Shown here in pieces: positions 49,017 to 60,858 of a DNA stretch of 64,000 bases. A model generated the notes under the pieces. The model searched no databases and had not been told where the DNA came from. It worked only from the letters and a program-made list of their open reading frames with translations. Location of the stretch: the sequence record LC727697.1, one strand, 5' to 3'. The position numbers were made by a program, and so were the translations under genes. Numbering within the stretch: the first letter of the stretch is position 1; every line of letters begins with the position of its first letter.

Positions 49017-50237
49017 ATTCCCGTCATATCGTGTAAAGGAACAGAAGATTCATCTGTAACAGATGTGTCTATGTAGGCAAATTTATCGTGTATTCGGTTT
49101 GCATTCTTACTTATATAGATAATGATATCTATAGAACCGTCTTTAATGTCGTTAAACAAAATGTCAGTAAATACAATGCATTTGCATCTTCTTTTGTGTA
49201 ACGTCATTATAGCAGATAAATTAGAATCACTATAAATATGAATAAGTGTTGCGCCGCCGCGCTGGAATCCTCCTATTACAGACGTACATCTTTGAAGTAT
49301 CAGTATTAAATTTATATTCATCGAAGTATGTGCATTGCTCTTAATAGTTCTAAATCTTTAATATAGATTGCATCTTTGCCTATAGTATTGGTATTACGCG
49401 AAATATATAATATGAAATAAATGCATTTTATTCGTTTCATACATATATCTGTAAATAAGAATCCAATACCACTTCTTCTATTAATTAAAAAATATCCACT
49501 ATTAAAACAACCGAACAGTATTGTATTTTTATTATATGTTATTTTATGTAACAGTCGCTGTACAATGAATATCATAATTTAGGATTATGTTTTGGGGCGG
49601 GTAAAGAATATAGTAATTCCAAGTTCAGTATCTACTTGTGCTGTACCTGTAGAACCCAAAAATGATATTTCGTCTGAATTTATTGATATATACAATATAA
49701 AATTTTCATCATATATTCCAATATCTTGGATACTATCAATATATAATAAAAATTTCATATTACTGCTAAACGAACCTATATCCATATTGTTATAATTCCG
49801 TGCAGATATCTTGACACTTTTACCGATTCCAAATAATCTTATTTTTGGGTTTCCTAAGTAGGAAAATTTATTAACGCATGCTTGGAAACATAATATAATT
49901 TGTTCATTCATATTTAATCTGCAAAAAATTTAACTTTTTCCTGAAAATATCCAGTACCTAAACAAAATGTATCGTTATGTAGGGTTATACAGCCATAGTC
50001 ATCAGTCACAGTTATTGTTTTTATATTTGACTGGATATATAATATTGATTCTAGTGGTATAGTTTTGCCCATACATTGAACAAAAAGCATAGTGAATTCT
50101 GTATTGACTATTATATTATGTAGATATGTATTATTGTCACTATACATACACAAATATAACACATCATCCTTGCCATATTCAAATTCCATTTTATATATTT
50201 TATTAGATACAATTAACGGTATATTAACAGAGACCAT
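49013..50237 (-). CDS. four outlying two-unit family ORFs (49013-49321, 49318-49575, 49585-49911, 49914-50237)
   Basis: LILILQRCTSVI/IIIYISKNANRI; FILYISRNTNTI; FILYISINSDEI; SILYIQSNIKTI. Confidence 0.75.
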
Positions 50238-50679
50238 TAAAATATACTCCGTTTGTTAAATGTTACTTGCAAATCAATAAGTATATTTTTACTTGTATTT
50301 AATATAGTATTATAAGATTGAATGTGCATAAAGTCTGAGATAATAAAATTTTTAATTGTAACATTTCCGTAATGTATATTATAAGATAGGTTAAATCTAG
50401 AATTTAAAAATATACATCATTCTAGCAAATTATTATATTTGTAAGAATACGTACCCCTAGCGTTATAGCTGCAAAAATGCGTTATTTTGCATGCTAGTTT
50501 GCATAGTAGTGCAGTATACACAAAGCACACAAACAACGCATTATGCGCGTGTTTTGTGCTGTTTACGTATGCATTATTTTGCATGCTTTGCAGCAACTGT
50601 AAAAAGCATTTAAATTCCCAACTGTCATTGTATATCATAAAAAGAATACCATATATAGTCTAGTATCGTATTAAATAAA

Positions 50680-51765
50680 TTATATATGATTTAATACTTC
50701 ATTTATAAAACTATCATCGTATTCATATGGGTTAATTTCATCAGTTACAGTTGTTTTACGGACGATTTTATTTTTAAAGTCTACGTATAAGGGTAATGCA
50801 TTGCTAGCACTGATATATTTGTAAGATAGCCATTTCTTGGGAATAGCTACATATGTTCCGGGAATTCCGTTACTGACAAACATTTCACTAATATCGTCGA
50901 TTTCTTGATACAACGAAGGAACACCTACTGTATATTGCAGTCCGTATAGATAACTTCCGGTGCCTAGCGTCCGCCCGGTTGCCACATCAAATCTGCGGTC
51001 AAATACACGATGTCCTTCTTTTGTGCAATAATAAAACGCCTTTAAGAAATACTTTTCATATATACTCGATAGATCACCTACATCTAATTGTTTTAATTTT
51101 AGTATAACATTGTACATGTCTTCGTCATATGATTTTAATTTTTCAAATTCGTTCTTATACACATTATGATCAGAATTTATATACCATGCATATCTTCCGC
51201 CTACAAGATCTACTGCCATTTTTGCTAGACCTTTTTCTTCTTGATGATTAGGCAAGTTGATTGTCAAAAATAATTGTTTGCCACATTCAGTTGATGCCTT
51301 CCCTAGGTATATAACGGAATTTCCTACTTTATCTTTATATGCCCTAAATGGAATTAGTTCTTTTGCAGTTTTCTTTGCACTGGCAGAAATTACATTATCT
51401 GCCGGAATAATTCTATAACTACTAGAACTAAAATCAAATGAAAACTTACCTTTAATTACACCTTCCGAAACAGAAATGTTTTTTGTATGTAAAAGTTCTA
51501 CAAGAGATTCTGCCCTCAGATCAAATCTGCCATACATATCTATCTCTTTTATATATATTGCTGCTTGCATTACTTTCGCACTTCCGTGTCTAGTAGATAT
51601 ATCCTTTAAAATATGTATTTCGTCAAATATGTTTTGTACATTTCTTACACAATTTGTAAAACTGTAGGAAGGTTCAGGGCTAGTAATTTTTTTAGGCCAA
51701 ATCTGTACTTGTTTCTTTGTTTTTGTTTGTAGTTCTACGTCAGTATACCATATATTAATATTCAT
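50680..51765 (-). CDS. hypothetical protein (361 aa)
   Basis: Long ORF, GAGA SD. Confidence 0.8.
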   Translation of the reverse strand: MNINIWYTDVELQTKTKKQVQIWPKKITSPEPSYSFTNCVRNVQNIFDEIHILKDISTRHGSAKVMQAAIYIKEIDMYGRFDLRAESLVELLHTKNISVSEGVIKGKFSFDFSSSSYRIIPADNVISASAKKTAKELIPFRAYKDKVGNSVIYLGKASTECGKQLFLTINLPNHQEEKGLAKMAVDLVGGRYAWYINSDHNVYKNEFEKLKSYDEDMYNVILKLKQLDVGDLSSIYEKYFLKAFYYCTKEGHRVFDRRFDVATGRTLGTGSYLYGLQYTVGVPSLYQEIDDISEMFVSNGIPGTYVAIPKKWLSYKYISASNALPLYVDFKNKIVRKTTVTDEINPYEYDDSFINEVLNHI

Positions 51766-51845
51766 AGATATATTCTCAATACATTATAGTAAGGACATTA
51801 TAGCATAAAACAATATTTTTGTGCTAAAGGTATGCGCAGACAAAT

Positions 51846-51868
51846 AAAAAGGGCTTTAAGCCCTTTTT
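51846..51868. terminator. bidirectional intrinsic terminator
   Basis: AAAAAGGGCT-TTA-AGCCCTTTTT. Confidence 0.8.
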
Positions 51869-51881
51869 ATTGATTTTCGTT

Positions 51882-52124
51882 CTACAAAAATAGATTGTAG
51901 CATGTTATTATTGAAATTAAAATTCCTAACACAACGGGAACATAAATCCATTTATTGCGAACCCGTTTATTAACAACAAATGTGTTATACAGAGCTACTA
52001 ACATTACCACTAATGATACTGCCATAATCATAAATGTCACAAGAAAAAGTCCAATATTTCCGTCTTGCATGCTCGACCAAAACGCTGCTTCTACCGGATT
52101 TCTGTACACTATAATTTCTTGCAT
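51882..52124 (-). CDS. membrane protein
   Basis: Two TM helices; EIIVYRNP.EAAFW start. Confidence 0.75.
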   Translation of the reverse strand: MQEIIVYRNPVEAAFWSSMQDGNIGLFLVTFMIMAVSLVVMLVALYNTFVVNKRVRNKWIYVPVVLGILISIITCYNLFL

Positions 52125-52227
52125 GATAGTATCCTACTATGCGGTTTGTTGTTGCATAATACAATTAAACAGTAACTGTGTCAAAAGAAAAGCGCATATA
52201 AAAGCGCTTTTCTTTGTTTAGATTTTA

Positions 52228-53208
52228 TTAAAAATCTTTTGTTACACGAACTATCATTTTTGCACTAACAGTATTAAAGTTAGTTTTATGGGTTGCTTCT
52301 AATTTGATAATAAATGTACCTACTATAGGATCTTCTTCACCTACGGGAGGCACAACATTATCTTTAAAGAACGTGTATCTAAGAGTATTTTGAACACACC
52401 GATTATCAGGATCGGATGCACTGTCAGTAATATCTCCATCTAAAACTGTATTTTTCCATACATATGTATCTTCTTTTGCTAAAGTAAATACAGCCGGGTT
52501 TTGTTCTTTGCCTTCTGAATTACAATATGCAGTAAGAACAACGTTGTATTCTGTAGTTATATCTGTTACTGCCGGAGATACGATACCTACACAATAGTCA
52601 AACGCCCAATCTTGTGTTGAAGAAGTTAGAGATATATCATACGAACCGTCGTCGTTTATTTTTCTGTTAATAACAGAACCGCGCAAGTGTGCAGACAATG
52701 CAAGTTCAATTATATTATTTTTAGATACTAACATTCCTGATGCCGGTATTCCCGAACCAGTCCATAATGTTCCGTTTTCTTTCTTAAATGCAGTACTGGC
52801 ATTTGCAAGCAACGTTTGATTACTTGGTTGCGGGACAGAACTAGTATCAGGTTGTAATCCTGTTTCTTCGTCTACTACCCATTGTGTTTGTCCGCCGAAT
52901 TGAATTTCGCCAGTGGAATTAACTGCTACTAATCCGTATTGTTGTATTTTAGAAACAGTTATGTCACTATCTACTTCGCCTACGAATATAACCCCTTCGC
53001 CTTCGTTTAAATCAGCTAATTTAGAATTAACTAGAAAGACATCGCCTATAGTGTCGTTAACGTTTACTTTATATTTACGAGTACCTTTTTGTGCTACTAT
53101 AAAACCCTCGGCAGCATTAGTCATACCAGGTAACTTAGCATATATGCTTAACTTAGGTTGGCCCGTTTCGCTTTCACCAAACCAATCGCTTTTAATAGGT
53201 CTTCCCAT
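52228..53208 (-). CDS. probable virion structural protein
   Basis: MGRPI...FG start, G.I..QKGTRKYKV; AGGAGG SD; TAAATA upstream. Confidence 0.6.
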   Translation of the reverse strand: MGRPIKSDWFGESETGQPKLSIYAKLPGMTNAAEGFIVAQKGTRKYKVNVNDTIGDVFLVNSKLADLNEGEGVIFVGEVDSDITVSKIQQYGLVAVNSTGEIQFGGQTQWVVDEETGLQPDTSSVPQPSNQTLLANASTAFKKENGTLWTGSGIPASGMLVSKNNIIELALSAHLRGSVINRKINDDGSYDISLTSSTQDWAFDYCVGIVSPAVTDITTEYNVVLTAYCNSEGKEQNPAVFTLAKEDTYVWKNTVLDGDITDSASDPDNRCVQNTLRYTFFKDNVVPPVGEEDPIVGTFIIKLEATHKTNFNTVSAKMIVRVTKDF

Positions 53209-53293
53209 GGAAAACTCCTCCTTTACAAGATAACACTATTTAGTTATATAATGCGATAAATAAGCATATACATATAATACAGGATTAAAGATT

Positions 53294-53488
53294 ATGAAAC
53301 TTTCCGAAATATGCATACTAGAATCGTCAGAATTAGACGAAGAATTAAAACATATAAATGGAAAATGGGCACTTGTTTCTAAAAAGACAGGGAAGCCCCT
53401 TAGATATTATGAGGGTAAAGGAAAACCTTCTAAAGACTGGGTTTCTAAACAAGAAAAATCTATCCAGTATTGGAAACATAACGGATAG
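53294..53488 (+). CDS. small protein with capsid-targeting-like leader
   Basis: MKLSEICILE; GKWALVSKK...KPS..W...E..IQYW. Confidence 0.7.
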   Translation: MKLSEICILESSELDEELKHINGKWALVSKKTGKPLRYYEGKGKPSKDWVSKQEKSIQYWKHNG

Positions 53489-53494
53489 GATATA

Positions 53495-54184
53495 ATGAAA
53501 ATTTTAGAATTTAATCTAATAGAAAAGGCAAGCGAAAGTATAATATTATCTACTATTGCAAAAATAATATGGTTTGTTATAGAAAAGAATGCAGAAAATA
53601 AAATATACAATTCATACAAACTAAAAGATTTAATAAAACAAGAATATTTCGATAAGTATCCTGTTTTAAATAATATTTCCGATTTAATAATACGTCCGTA
53701 TGCGAATGAGCATCCAGAACAATACAACGGTGCTTTTATTCAAAGAACTGATGGCAAAAATCTCATAGCACTTTTTGATATAGGTCCGGATTCATATAAA
53801 AATGATATAACATACACAAATACCTTAGTTCATGAATTACAACATGCATTAGATAGTTCTAAGGGTAATCCATTATTATATAAACATACAAACAATTCAG
53901 ATAAACATAAAGAATATTTAAATCAAAAATACGAAATAAATGCAAGAATAGCCGAATTATTAAATGATCTTAAGGTTATATTTTTGCAGTATTGGGGATC
54001 TTCAAAAGAAATACCATCCAAAGAATGGTTTCTAGATAATATAGAAAAATTCGCAAAAGGTCATCAGCTTACATACTTAAAGAAAGAAAATCCAAAAGTA
54101 TGGAAACGAATAGTATCTAGATGTTACGAATTGTATGTTACATTAAAGAAAAGGGCAGAAAATCGTGCGACTGAACGAAATTAA
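53495..54184 (+). CDS. zincin-like HExxH protein, paralog 1
   Basis: LVHELQHALD..KG ... YEINARI; leader MKILEFNLIE. Confidence 0.8.
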   Translation: MKILEFNLIEKASESIILSTIAKIIWFVIEKNAENKIYNSYKLKDLIKQEYFDKYPVLNNISDLIIRPYANEHPEQYNGAFIQRTDGKNLIALFDIGPDSYKNDITYTNTLVHELQHALDSSKGNPLLYKHTNNSDKHKEYLNQKYEINARIAELLNDLKVIFLQYWGSSKEIPSKEWFLDNIEKFAKGHQLTYLKKENPKVWKRIVSRCYELYVTLKKRAENRATERN

Positions 54185-54917
54185 TTTAATCGAAACTTCA
54201 GACGAAGAACTGATTATTCAAAATATTGCGAAAATGTGTGTAGCAAACGCCGTATCATATTTCAATAATTTAAAGCAACACAGAGAAGAAATAGAAGATC
54301 AATTGTTGTTGAAAAACTACGATTGGCCGACTGTACAATTAATGTTAAGTACCCATAGTGTTGTTTTAAAAAATATAATTCCCGATGATATATTTGATAA
54401 TTTGTACAATGAATTTAAAGATATTCAGGTAGTGTTTGACATTTCCGGACAACACGGTGCAAAGAAAGGAGAATACAACTTAGTATCTAATACGATATAT
54501 GTTTATACTCATTATTATGGTAATTCTTTTAGTAATAACAAGAGTGTAGTTTCAACTATAGTACATGAGTTAAGGCATGCACTAGATAAAAATAAAGGAC
54601 AACCGTTTAAGAATGAAAAAATAAAAAGATACGATCCGGCATCTTCGGATACATATTATAGACAATCATACGAAATAAATGCAAGAATAAGTCAAGCTTT
54701 AGAACAAACTGTAGATCAATTTAGTTTTTTATACAAAAAAGGAACTGTATTAACAAAAGAAGAATTTATAAATGCATTTATAGAAAATGCACACATAAAT
54801 TATATTATGTTTCTTAAAAATGAAAATCCCAGAGCATACAAACGTATAATCAAACGTGCATATGATTTATATAATACTATAATGACTAAAATTTCAAATA
54901 ATAAAACAGGAGCCTAA
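54165..54917 (+). CDS. zincin-like HExxH protein, paralog 2
   Basis: IVHELRHALD..KG ... YEINARI; leader MRLNEINLIE. Confidence 0.8.
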   Translation: MRLNEINLIETSDEELIIQNIAKMCVANAVSYFNNLKQHREEIEDQLLLKNYDWPTVQLMLSTHSVVLKNIIPDDIFDNLYNEFKDIQVVFDISGQHGAKKGEYNLVSNTIYVYTHYYGNSFSNNKSVVSTIVHELRHALDKNKGQPFKNEKIKRYDPASSDTYYRQSYEINARISQALEQTVDQFSFLYKKGTVLTKEEFINAFIENAHINYIMFLKNENPRAYKRIIKRAYDLYNTIMTKISNNKTGA

Positions 54918-54930
54918 TGCTCCTGTTTTA
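54900..54930. terminator. bidirectional terminator between convergent genes
   Basis: TAAAACAGGAGC-CTAAT-GCTCCTGTTTTA. Confidence 0.85.
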
Positions 54931-54947
54931 TTATATAGAAACTACTG

Positions 54948-55211
54948 TTAGGTGTCTACATTTTGTAATTTTGTTGATATTTCAGTTTTAGTAGAATTAA
55001 TTTCTTTGTTTAATTCCTTTATTTCCAGATTTAGTGCTTTTTGTTGTTCCAATAATTCATTCATATTTTTAATAAGATTATCCCTACTATTAGAATACCC
55101 TGGAGAGTTTTCTTTTCCGGCAAATATAAATCCATATGTCAACGCATATATAATTCCGGATATAGCTAATATGAATACCAGTGAAAAATATGCAATGAAA
55201 TATCTACGCAT
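54948..55211 (-). CDS. membrane-anchored coiled-coil protein
   Basis: N-terminal TM, heptad tail. Confidence 0.7.
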   Translation of the reverse strand: MRRYFIAYFSLVFILAISGIIYALTYGFIFAGKENSPGYSNSRDNLIKNMNELLEQQKALNLEIKELNKEINSTKTEISTKLQNVDT

Positions 55212-55216
55212 ATTGT

Positions 55217-56665
55217 TTAGTTCCCGAAACCAATTTTTTGTTTCTTAAGTTGGACTTTAAAGTCAGGATTATCCATATTGTAAATGTCTGCTAGCGTCAT
55301 TTCGCCTTTTGCTACATATGTCCCTGTTCCGTATTTTTTGTCTAAAAGATTTTGGGATTTTTCTTTTGTTAATTTGTTAAATTCATACTCTGCATTTAAC
55401 CGACCTTTACGAGTTAATGCACTGTCAATTTCTGAAATTTTACAGTTAAACGTACAAATAAACTGACACCGAACAGCATCACCTAGAATACCGTCACTCA
55501 TGTTAAGAAGGTTAGACACTGCCGAACTGCCGCCGCCCTCCCGAGGACGGAGAATATTTTCTGCGTCTTCTACTATAAACACACTATCTTTGTGGTTCAT
55601 AACAAACGAGACAAACTGAGGTCTGGCTAACTCCGGAGCCATATCAGAAGGAACATATATGAGTTTCTTCTTTTTAGCTTTATTTGCAATGTATCGGATG
55701 AAATTAGTTTTACCAGTTCCTCGTTCGCCATAAAGGAGTGTTATACCTTTACTAGAACTAATAATTTTTTCTACTATATATTCAGATGTGTCTTTAAAAT
55801 CATCGTTATAATTTTCTTCAATAAAGGCATCTATGTTTTGCAGAGGAGTCATGTCAAACGACTCTAAATCATAACCGTGGGAATCAGCCACAATAATATT
55901 AATTTCCGGTTTTTCTTCTTTTACTTTAGGATATGCATTTGCATATACTTTTCCAAATTCTTCTACAAACCTAGCTACATTACAACTATCATTTGCAGAA
56001 ATTACCATAAACCGTACACTATCGTAAATATCTGTAATTCTAGAAATAGCTGCTTTTTCGTTTCCTATTACCCAAATTTCCTCAGATGCAACGTCTGCAT
56101 CTCGCTCTGCATCAGATGACGAATAAGATGTTATATTTGTATATTTTTTGGAGATTATATCAAACGATTCTTTACTTAGGCAAGTTTTAAATGCTTCTTC
56201 TACTGCCTTTGTGTTACAATCTATAAATGCTACCCACGTTTTTCTTATAGGCGATTCATTAAAGACATTAGAGAATTCTTCTTCCAGAGAAAACTCAATA
56301 TCGTTGCTATTACGTGTGTAAGTTCTGTTAACTTGAGTCATTCCGGCATCCTCTTTATAATTCATAATAACTTTGTTAGTGTAAGATGTGCAACCTGAAA
56401 CATTTCCTGCAGTGTTGCGTATTAATTGACAGGGTATATCGTCAGAATATATCGACGATCTTCCTGCATATTTGCTATCTCCTGCCCAACTACAGATAGC
56501 AGCATCCTCTGCTATTATATTCTTTGTAAAATAGTGATCAAATGCTCCATTTAATTTCCCGCTCATCATATGGGGAATTTTAATCTTAACTGCTACTTTT
56601 GATATCAATCTATGAGAAGATGAAAGATTTATATTACGCCGCATATATCCATCCCAACATAGCAA
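55217..56665 (-). CDS. AAA+ ATPase (BCS1-like C-terminal domain); true start probably downstream
   Basis: Walker A GERGTGKT, Walker B IVED, LLNMSDG, LTRKGR. Confidence 0.9.
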   Translation of the reverse strand: MLCWDGYMRRNINLSSSHRLISKVAVKIKIPHMMSGKLNGAFDHYFTKNIIAEDAAICSWAGDSKYAGRSSIYSDDIPCQLIRNTAGNVSGCTSYTNKVIMNYKEDAGMTQVNRTYTRNSNDIEFSLEEEFSNVFNESPIRKTWVAFIDCNTKAVEEAFKTCLSKESFDIISKKYTNITSYSSSDAERDADVASEEIWVIGNEKAAISRITDIYDSVRFMVISANDSCNVARFVEEFGKVYANAYPKVKEEKPEINIIVADSHGYDLESFDMTPLQNIDAFIEENYNDDFKDTSEYIVEKIISSSKGITLLYGERGTGKTNFIRYIANKAKKKKLIYVPSDMAPELARPQFVSFVMNHKDSVFIVEDAENILRPREGGGSSAVSNLLNMSDGILGDAVRCQFICTFNCKISEIDSALTRKGRLNAEYEFNKLTKEKSQNLLDKKYGTGTYVAKGEMTLADIYNMDNPDFKVQLKKQKIGFGN

Positions 56666-56963
56666 CTAACACTACAGCGATGCCAGATATAACACCTACC
56701 GTAGTTGCAATATTTTTCTCTGGTTTTATCAATTCTATTATTTTACAACTTTTTAATCCACATAGAAGACCTATAATACAATACAAAACTACTATAGTTG
56801 TATAAACCGAGTCGGATACCAAATTTTGTACATTATTTAATTTAGACACATAACACAGAAATACTGTAGTTACTATACAACTAAAAAGAAATATAACGTT
56901 TGACAGAACTATATAGGAAAATCCGTTATAAAAATCTAAAATATGTTTAATTATATTTTTCAT
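56634..56963 (-). CDS. membrane protein
   Basis: Three TM helices. Confidence 0.7.
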   Translation of the reverse strand: MKNIIKHILDFYNGFSYIVLSNVIFLFSCIVTTVFLCYVSKLNNVQNLVSDSVYTTIVVLYCIIGLLCGLKSCKIIELIKPEKNIATTVGVISGIAVVLVAMLGWIYAA

Positions 56964-56973
56964 TATATTTCCA

Positions 56974-57986
56974 CTATATAAAAGTTATGTTATGTTCTTG
57001 TGCGTAACTAATTAAAGATTTAAGTTTCTTATCGGATTTTCTTATTCTGTTTCTTGCTTCGTGTTGTAAGTGTTCTGGTAATTGACGTATATAGGTATTA
57101 ATTATTTCTTCTAATTGTTTATATTGCATTCCTTTGTTTGTATGACAATTTTCTTTTATTAAACTTTGCGATAACGCATATTCTTCCCTGCCTTTAGCAA
57201 CAATTATATTTTGTTCTTCTATAGATTTAAATAGTTTGTTTGCAAGCTTAGACGAATTAATTGCAGTTAGTGCATCACCTACATTATGCATATATTTGTC
57301 GAATCCCTTCATTTTAGATAAAGGGTTATTTTTTAATGCGCCGGAAGTATATGCAGATACAGTAATGTTTGATATTTCTATAAATGCAGGCGAAAGAGAA
57401 ACTAATTCTTTTGCAGAAGAAGAAATTATATAATAGTTTTTAGAAAACCAAGTTCCTTTCCTGCAAACTACTTGTCTATCTAATATGTCGCCGTGTCCAT
57501 CGTCTATCATTTTTTCTAAAGAGATGTTTATTTTATAAATTTCTAAAATAAGAGAATTTGCAACAGACCTAAATATGTTTGCATGCGAACTGTATATCAT
57601 ACAATATATTCCACTTCGCCTAAATCTACGTATACAGACAAATTATTACCTATAATTCCTATTTTTGTTTCAAACAAAAATAAATTATCCACATTAGTAA
57701 TAGTGTCTAACTTTTCTTTTGTTTTAGAGTGATATTTTGCTGCAAGTTTAATGGAATGGTATATGTTATCTTTCGATTTAACAGAAAATTCTATTATTAA
57801 TTTCTTTTTACATTTGTATGATATAAAAGAATTAGAAATAAATTCGTAGTGCTCAGCTGAACATCCGGAAATACACTTTAAAATAATAGAATTATATATA
57901 GAGAAATACCCGTAATGCTCTGTCTCTTTTTTATTATACAGATACTCGGTTATAAACTTTTCGAAATTATACATTGGTAATCTCAA
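56974..57986 (-). CDS. two hypothetical proteins (56974-57600, 57597-57986)
   Basis: Overlapping stop/start. Confidence 0.65.
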
Positions 57987-58008
57987 AAGTTTTTAAATAT
58001 ATTACATT

Positions 58009-58488
58009 TTAACACTTTTGTATAAAAACACAACTAGTTATTTTTAAATTAATTGAAGTATTAGGTTCTTCGATGTAGCAGATTAATTGTTTGTCATTAT
58101 AATAACTTCTATATCCATATAAAATATTTCCAGATTTAGTAACAACTCTGTTACTTCCTTTAAAAAACACAGTATCGGACTTTACTTCTATCCAACCGTC
58201 CAATTTAAGAGAGTTGTAAATTGTATCTATTGTTCTTTTTTGAATTGTTAATTCTAATAAATTTTCCCACGGGTTATCTTCATCACCAGAACCCCAGCAA
58301 GCATCGCACCGGCCGGGTGTTATTGCATTCCCTCCGACTGCACCTCTGTTCCACATAGCAGTAGATCCATAACAAATAATTCCGTAGCCCATACATTTTT
58401 TACAAGGATTTTTTATATGTCTTAATTTTAGACCTTGATCTTTTAATAATTCTATTTCTCTTCGGAGAGATTGTATGGTTTCATTCAT
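58009..58488 (-). CDS. DnaJ-type CxxCxGxG zinc-finger protein
   Basis: CKKCMGYG ... CDACWGSG. Confidence 0.7.
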   Translation of the reverse strand: MNETIQSLRREIELLKDQGLKLRHIKNPCKKCMGYGIICYGSTAMWNRGAVGGNAITPGRCDACWGSGDEDNPWENLLELTIQKRTIDTIYNSLKLDGWIEVKSDTVFFKGSNRVVTKSGNILYGYRSYYNDKQLICYIEEPNTSINLKITSCVFIQKC

Positions 58489-59694
58489 TTATTAATACCG
58501 GAAAAATTATATTAGAGTTTTTATCTATTTCTAATACCAAATTATAGGATTCTATTACAGGCATGCTGTATTCTGTTTTATTGATCTTAGGAAATATAAC
58601 AGTTATAGCCGAACTATTTACACTTACATTAGGTCCTCCGAGTATGTGTGAATTAGTCCAGTATGTCCACACACGTATAAAACCGCCGTAATCACCTATA
58701 TTCAAGTTTTTGTAATTATGAAGTACGATAGAATTGGATGCAATCCTAGATAGTATATAGGGAATATATTTGTATAACTCATTTGCTTTGGATATTATAG
58801 ATATATAAGAATAAAAAATTCTATTCTTCTTTAATTTGTTTGAATTTAATAATTTAATTTCAGTGGGATAGATATTATTTTCCGGATCGTCATTTAAAGA
58901 TCCATATTTATAATAAAATAAATCCAATTCGCACGAATGAATTATACAATTATAAAAATTGCTCTCAAAACATATTATGCATGAATTTCGAACTACATCG
59001 AAACTAGAAAGTCTGCAGTTATATATAAGATAGCTAACTCCAAATATATTCCCGTATTCAGACTTTCCTATTTCTTTTAAATTTAACATATTTCATCAAT
59101 ATCCCATATACTAAACTGTTTTGATATTTTGAATGTGTGTTTATATATAGTATTATAATTATACACGGTCAATGAAAAGTACAGGAAACTCCTGGAACTA
59201 AAATGTACATTACATAAATCTGTATCATTTACATGCGATATTATTTTATAATTGATGTTATTTCGTGATCCTGTGGGAGTCGTCGTTATATACTGTAGAT
59301 TGTGTGTTGTAAATTGACATTCTCTTACTTCTTTTACTATAAAAGGAATAAACATATCAAACGATATGTTTTTAAAATGGATAGCAAACGAAGTTTCATA
59401 TTTGTTAGTATGTAATATATCTGATACTTTGGTCTGTTTTTTAATGTCTTGATAGGCATAATGACCATCAGACCATGTTATCGTATTTAAAAATAATTTA
59501 TTATTTACAGAAGGCACTATTTTGATATTATATATAACTTCACTTACTATACCAGTTGAGTACCATCGTAAGATTATAGATTGATTACTTACATATGTGC
59601 CAGCTGGTTTGCATTCAGAAACACATTTAGAAAATAAAAATATATTAGCAATAACTTCAGTCACACCTACTAATAAACATTCATTTTTGAACAC
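58481..59694 (-). CDS. two hypothetical proteins of about 200 aa (58481-59089, 59083-59694)
   Basis: Adjacent ORFs of similar length and composition. Confidence 0.65.
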
Positions 59695-59822
59695 ACTATA
59701 TATCCTATTATGAAAATATAATTACAGAAACGACTAATATTTTACATTAATTATTATATTCAAAAATACATGATTGCAGGCAACATTCAACTAAAAATGT
59801 CATTTATTGTTTATTTCTTATA

Positions 59823-59852
59823 TAAAATAAGGGACATAAAGTCCCTTATTTT
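59823..59852. terminator. intrinsic terminator
   Basis: AAAATAAGGGAC-ATAAA-GTCCCTTATTTT. Confidence 0.85.
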
Positions 59853-59880
59853 ATATAAACCGAGCGCACTCGCCGCCGGT

Positions 59881-60240
59881 TTAGTCGTCAGTGTCGAACT
59901 CGAACTGATCGTCGCCGTGTTGAAGCTTGAGCATCATAATGTGCTCTTTCGGCACCCGGTCGCCGACGGCTTTTTCGTATTCATCCCAGGTGCGGATGAT
60001 GTCACCGTCCACTGCCCATGCGTTTTTCTTTTTCCCGTTGATGTGGGTGGCCGGACCGAGCAAGCGGTGCATGTTGCCCTGAATGTTCAGCCACACCTTG
60101 TTGCCGTCCTTGTCAACGATGCAGTAGGAGTCGATTTCCTGGAGAACGTATTCGGTTACGCCGCCGACTTGACCATCGACGACCTTCGAGTGCTCGGGAA
60201 ATTCTGCCAGTGCCCATGCTTCTTCGTAGCTTTTTGCCAT
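59881..60240 (-). CDS. hypothetical protein with GC-rich codon usage
   Basis: GAGG SD, own terminator, sharp GC contrast with neighbours. Confidence 0.85.
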   Translation of the reverse strand: MAKSYEEAWALAEFPEHSKVVDGQVGGVTEYVLQEIDSYCIVDKDGNKVWLNIQGNMHRLLGPATHINGKKKNAWAVDGDIIRTWDEYEKAVGDRVPKEHIMMLKLQHGDDQFEFDTDD

Positions 60241-60314
60241 TGCAAATTACCTCTCGGTTGTATTAATGTTGTTTGTTAAGCTTCTTAGCTTGATATACAG
60301 TATAGCGCAAAATA

Positions 60315-60858
60315 TTATGTTCGTCTAGTTACGTTTACTTTATTACATTTTTGCCTCTGCTGTTTAGTTGAAGACTTAGCTTTAATATAAAGTAATTTTA
60401 TTTTAGCTTGTTTACATACGGTATGCAATTGTTTAATAAGTTGTTTTACAGAATTTCGTCTAAAATTTAAAGATCTAAAATAAACATCTTTAACTTGTTC
60501 TGAATAGAACTTTGTATAATGTTGCATTAGGTCTTCATTAAGTTCTTTTTTTGTTCTTTTAAACTCTTTTATTTCTTCGATTAAAAGATTTATTTTATAT
60601 TCTATTTTTTTCATATTCCCTATATAATCTACAAGACTGTATATATTGGTCGCATTCTTCGTTAACGTAATAATTTTGCAATACTATTCCCTGGTTAAAC
60701 GGGGTTTTATAATATATTTCTATTATATTTGCTCTTGTGCTAATATATATATGAGCAACGGTAGAATAGTTTCTTATATTATATTGCATTTCAAACATTT
60801 CTTTTGTTATTGTTTTACATACCATAGTATAATCCTCATTACGATTTATAAAACACAT
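60315..60858 (-). CDS. two hypothetical proteins (60315-60614, 60595-60858)
   Basis: Co-oriented ORFs. Confidence 0.55.
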
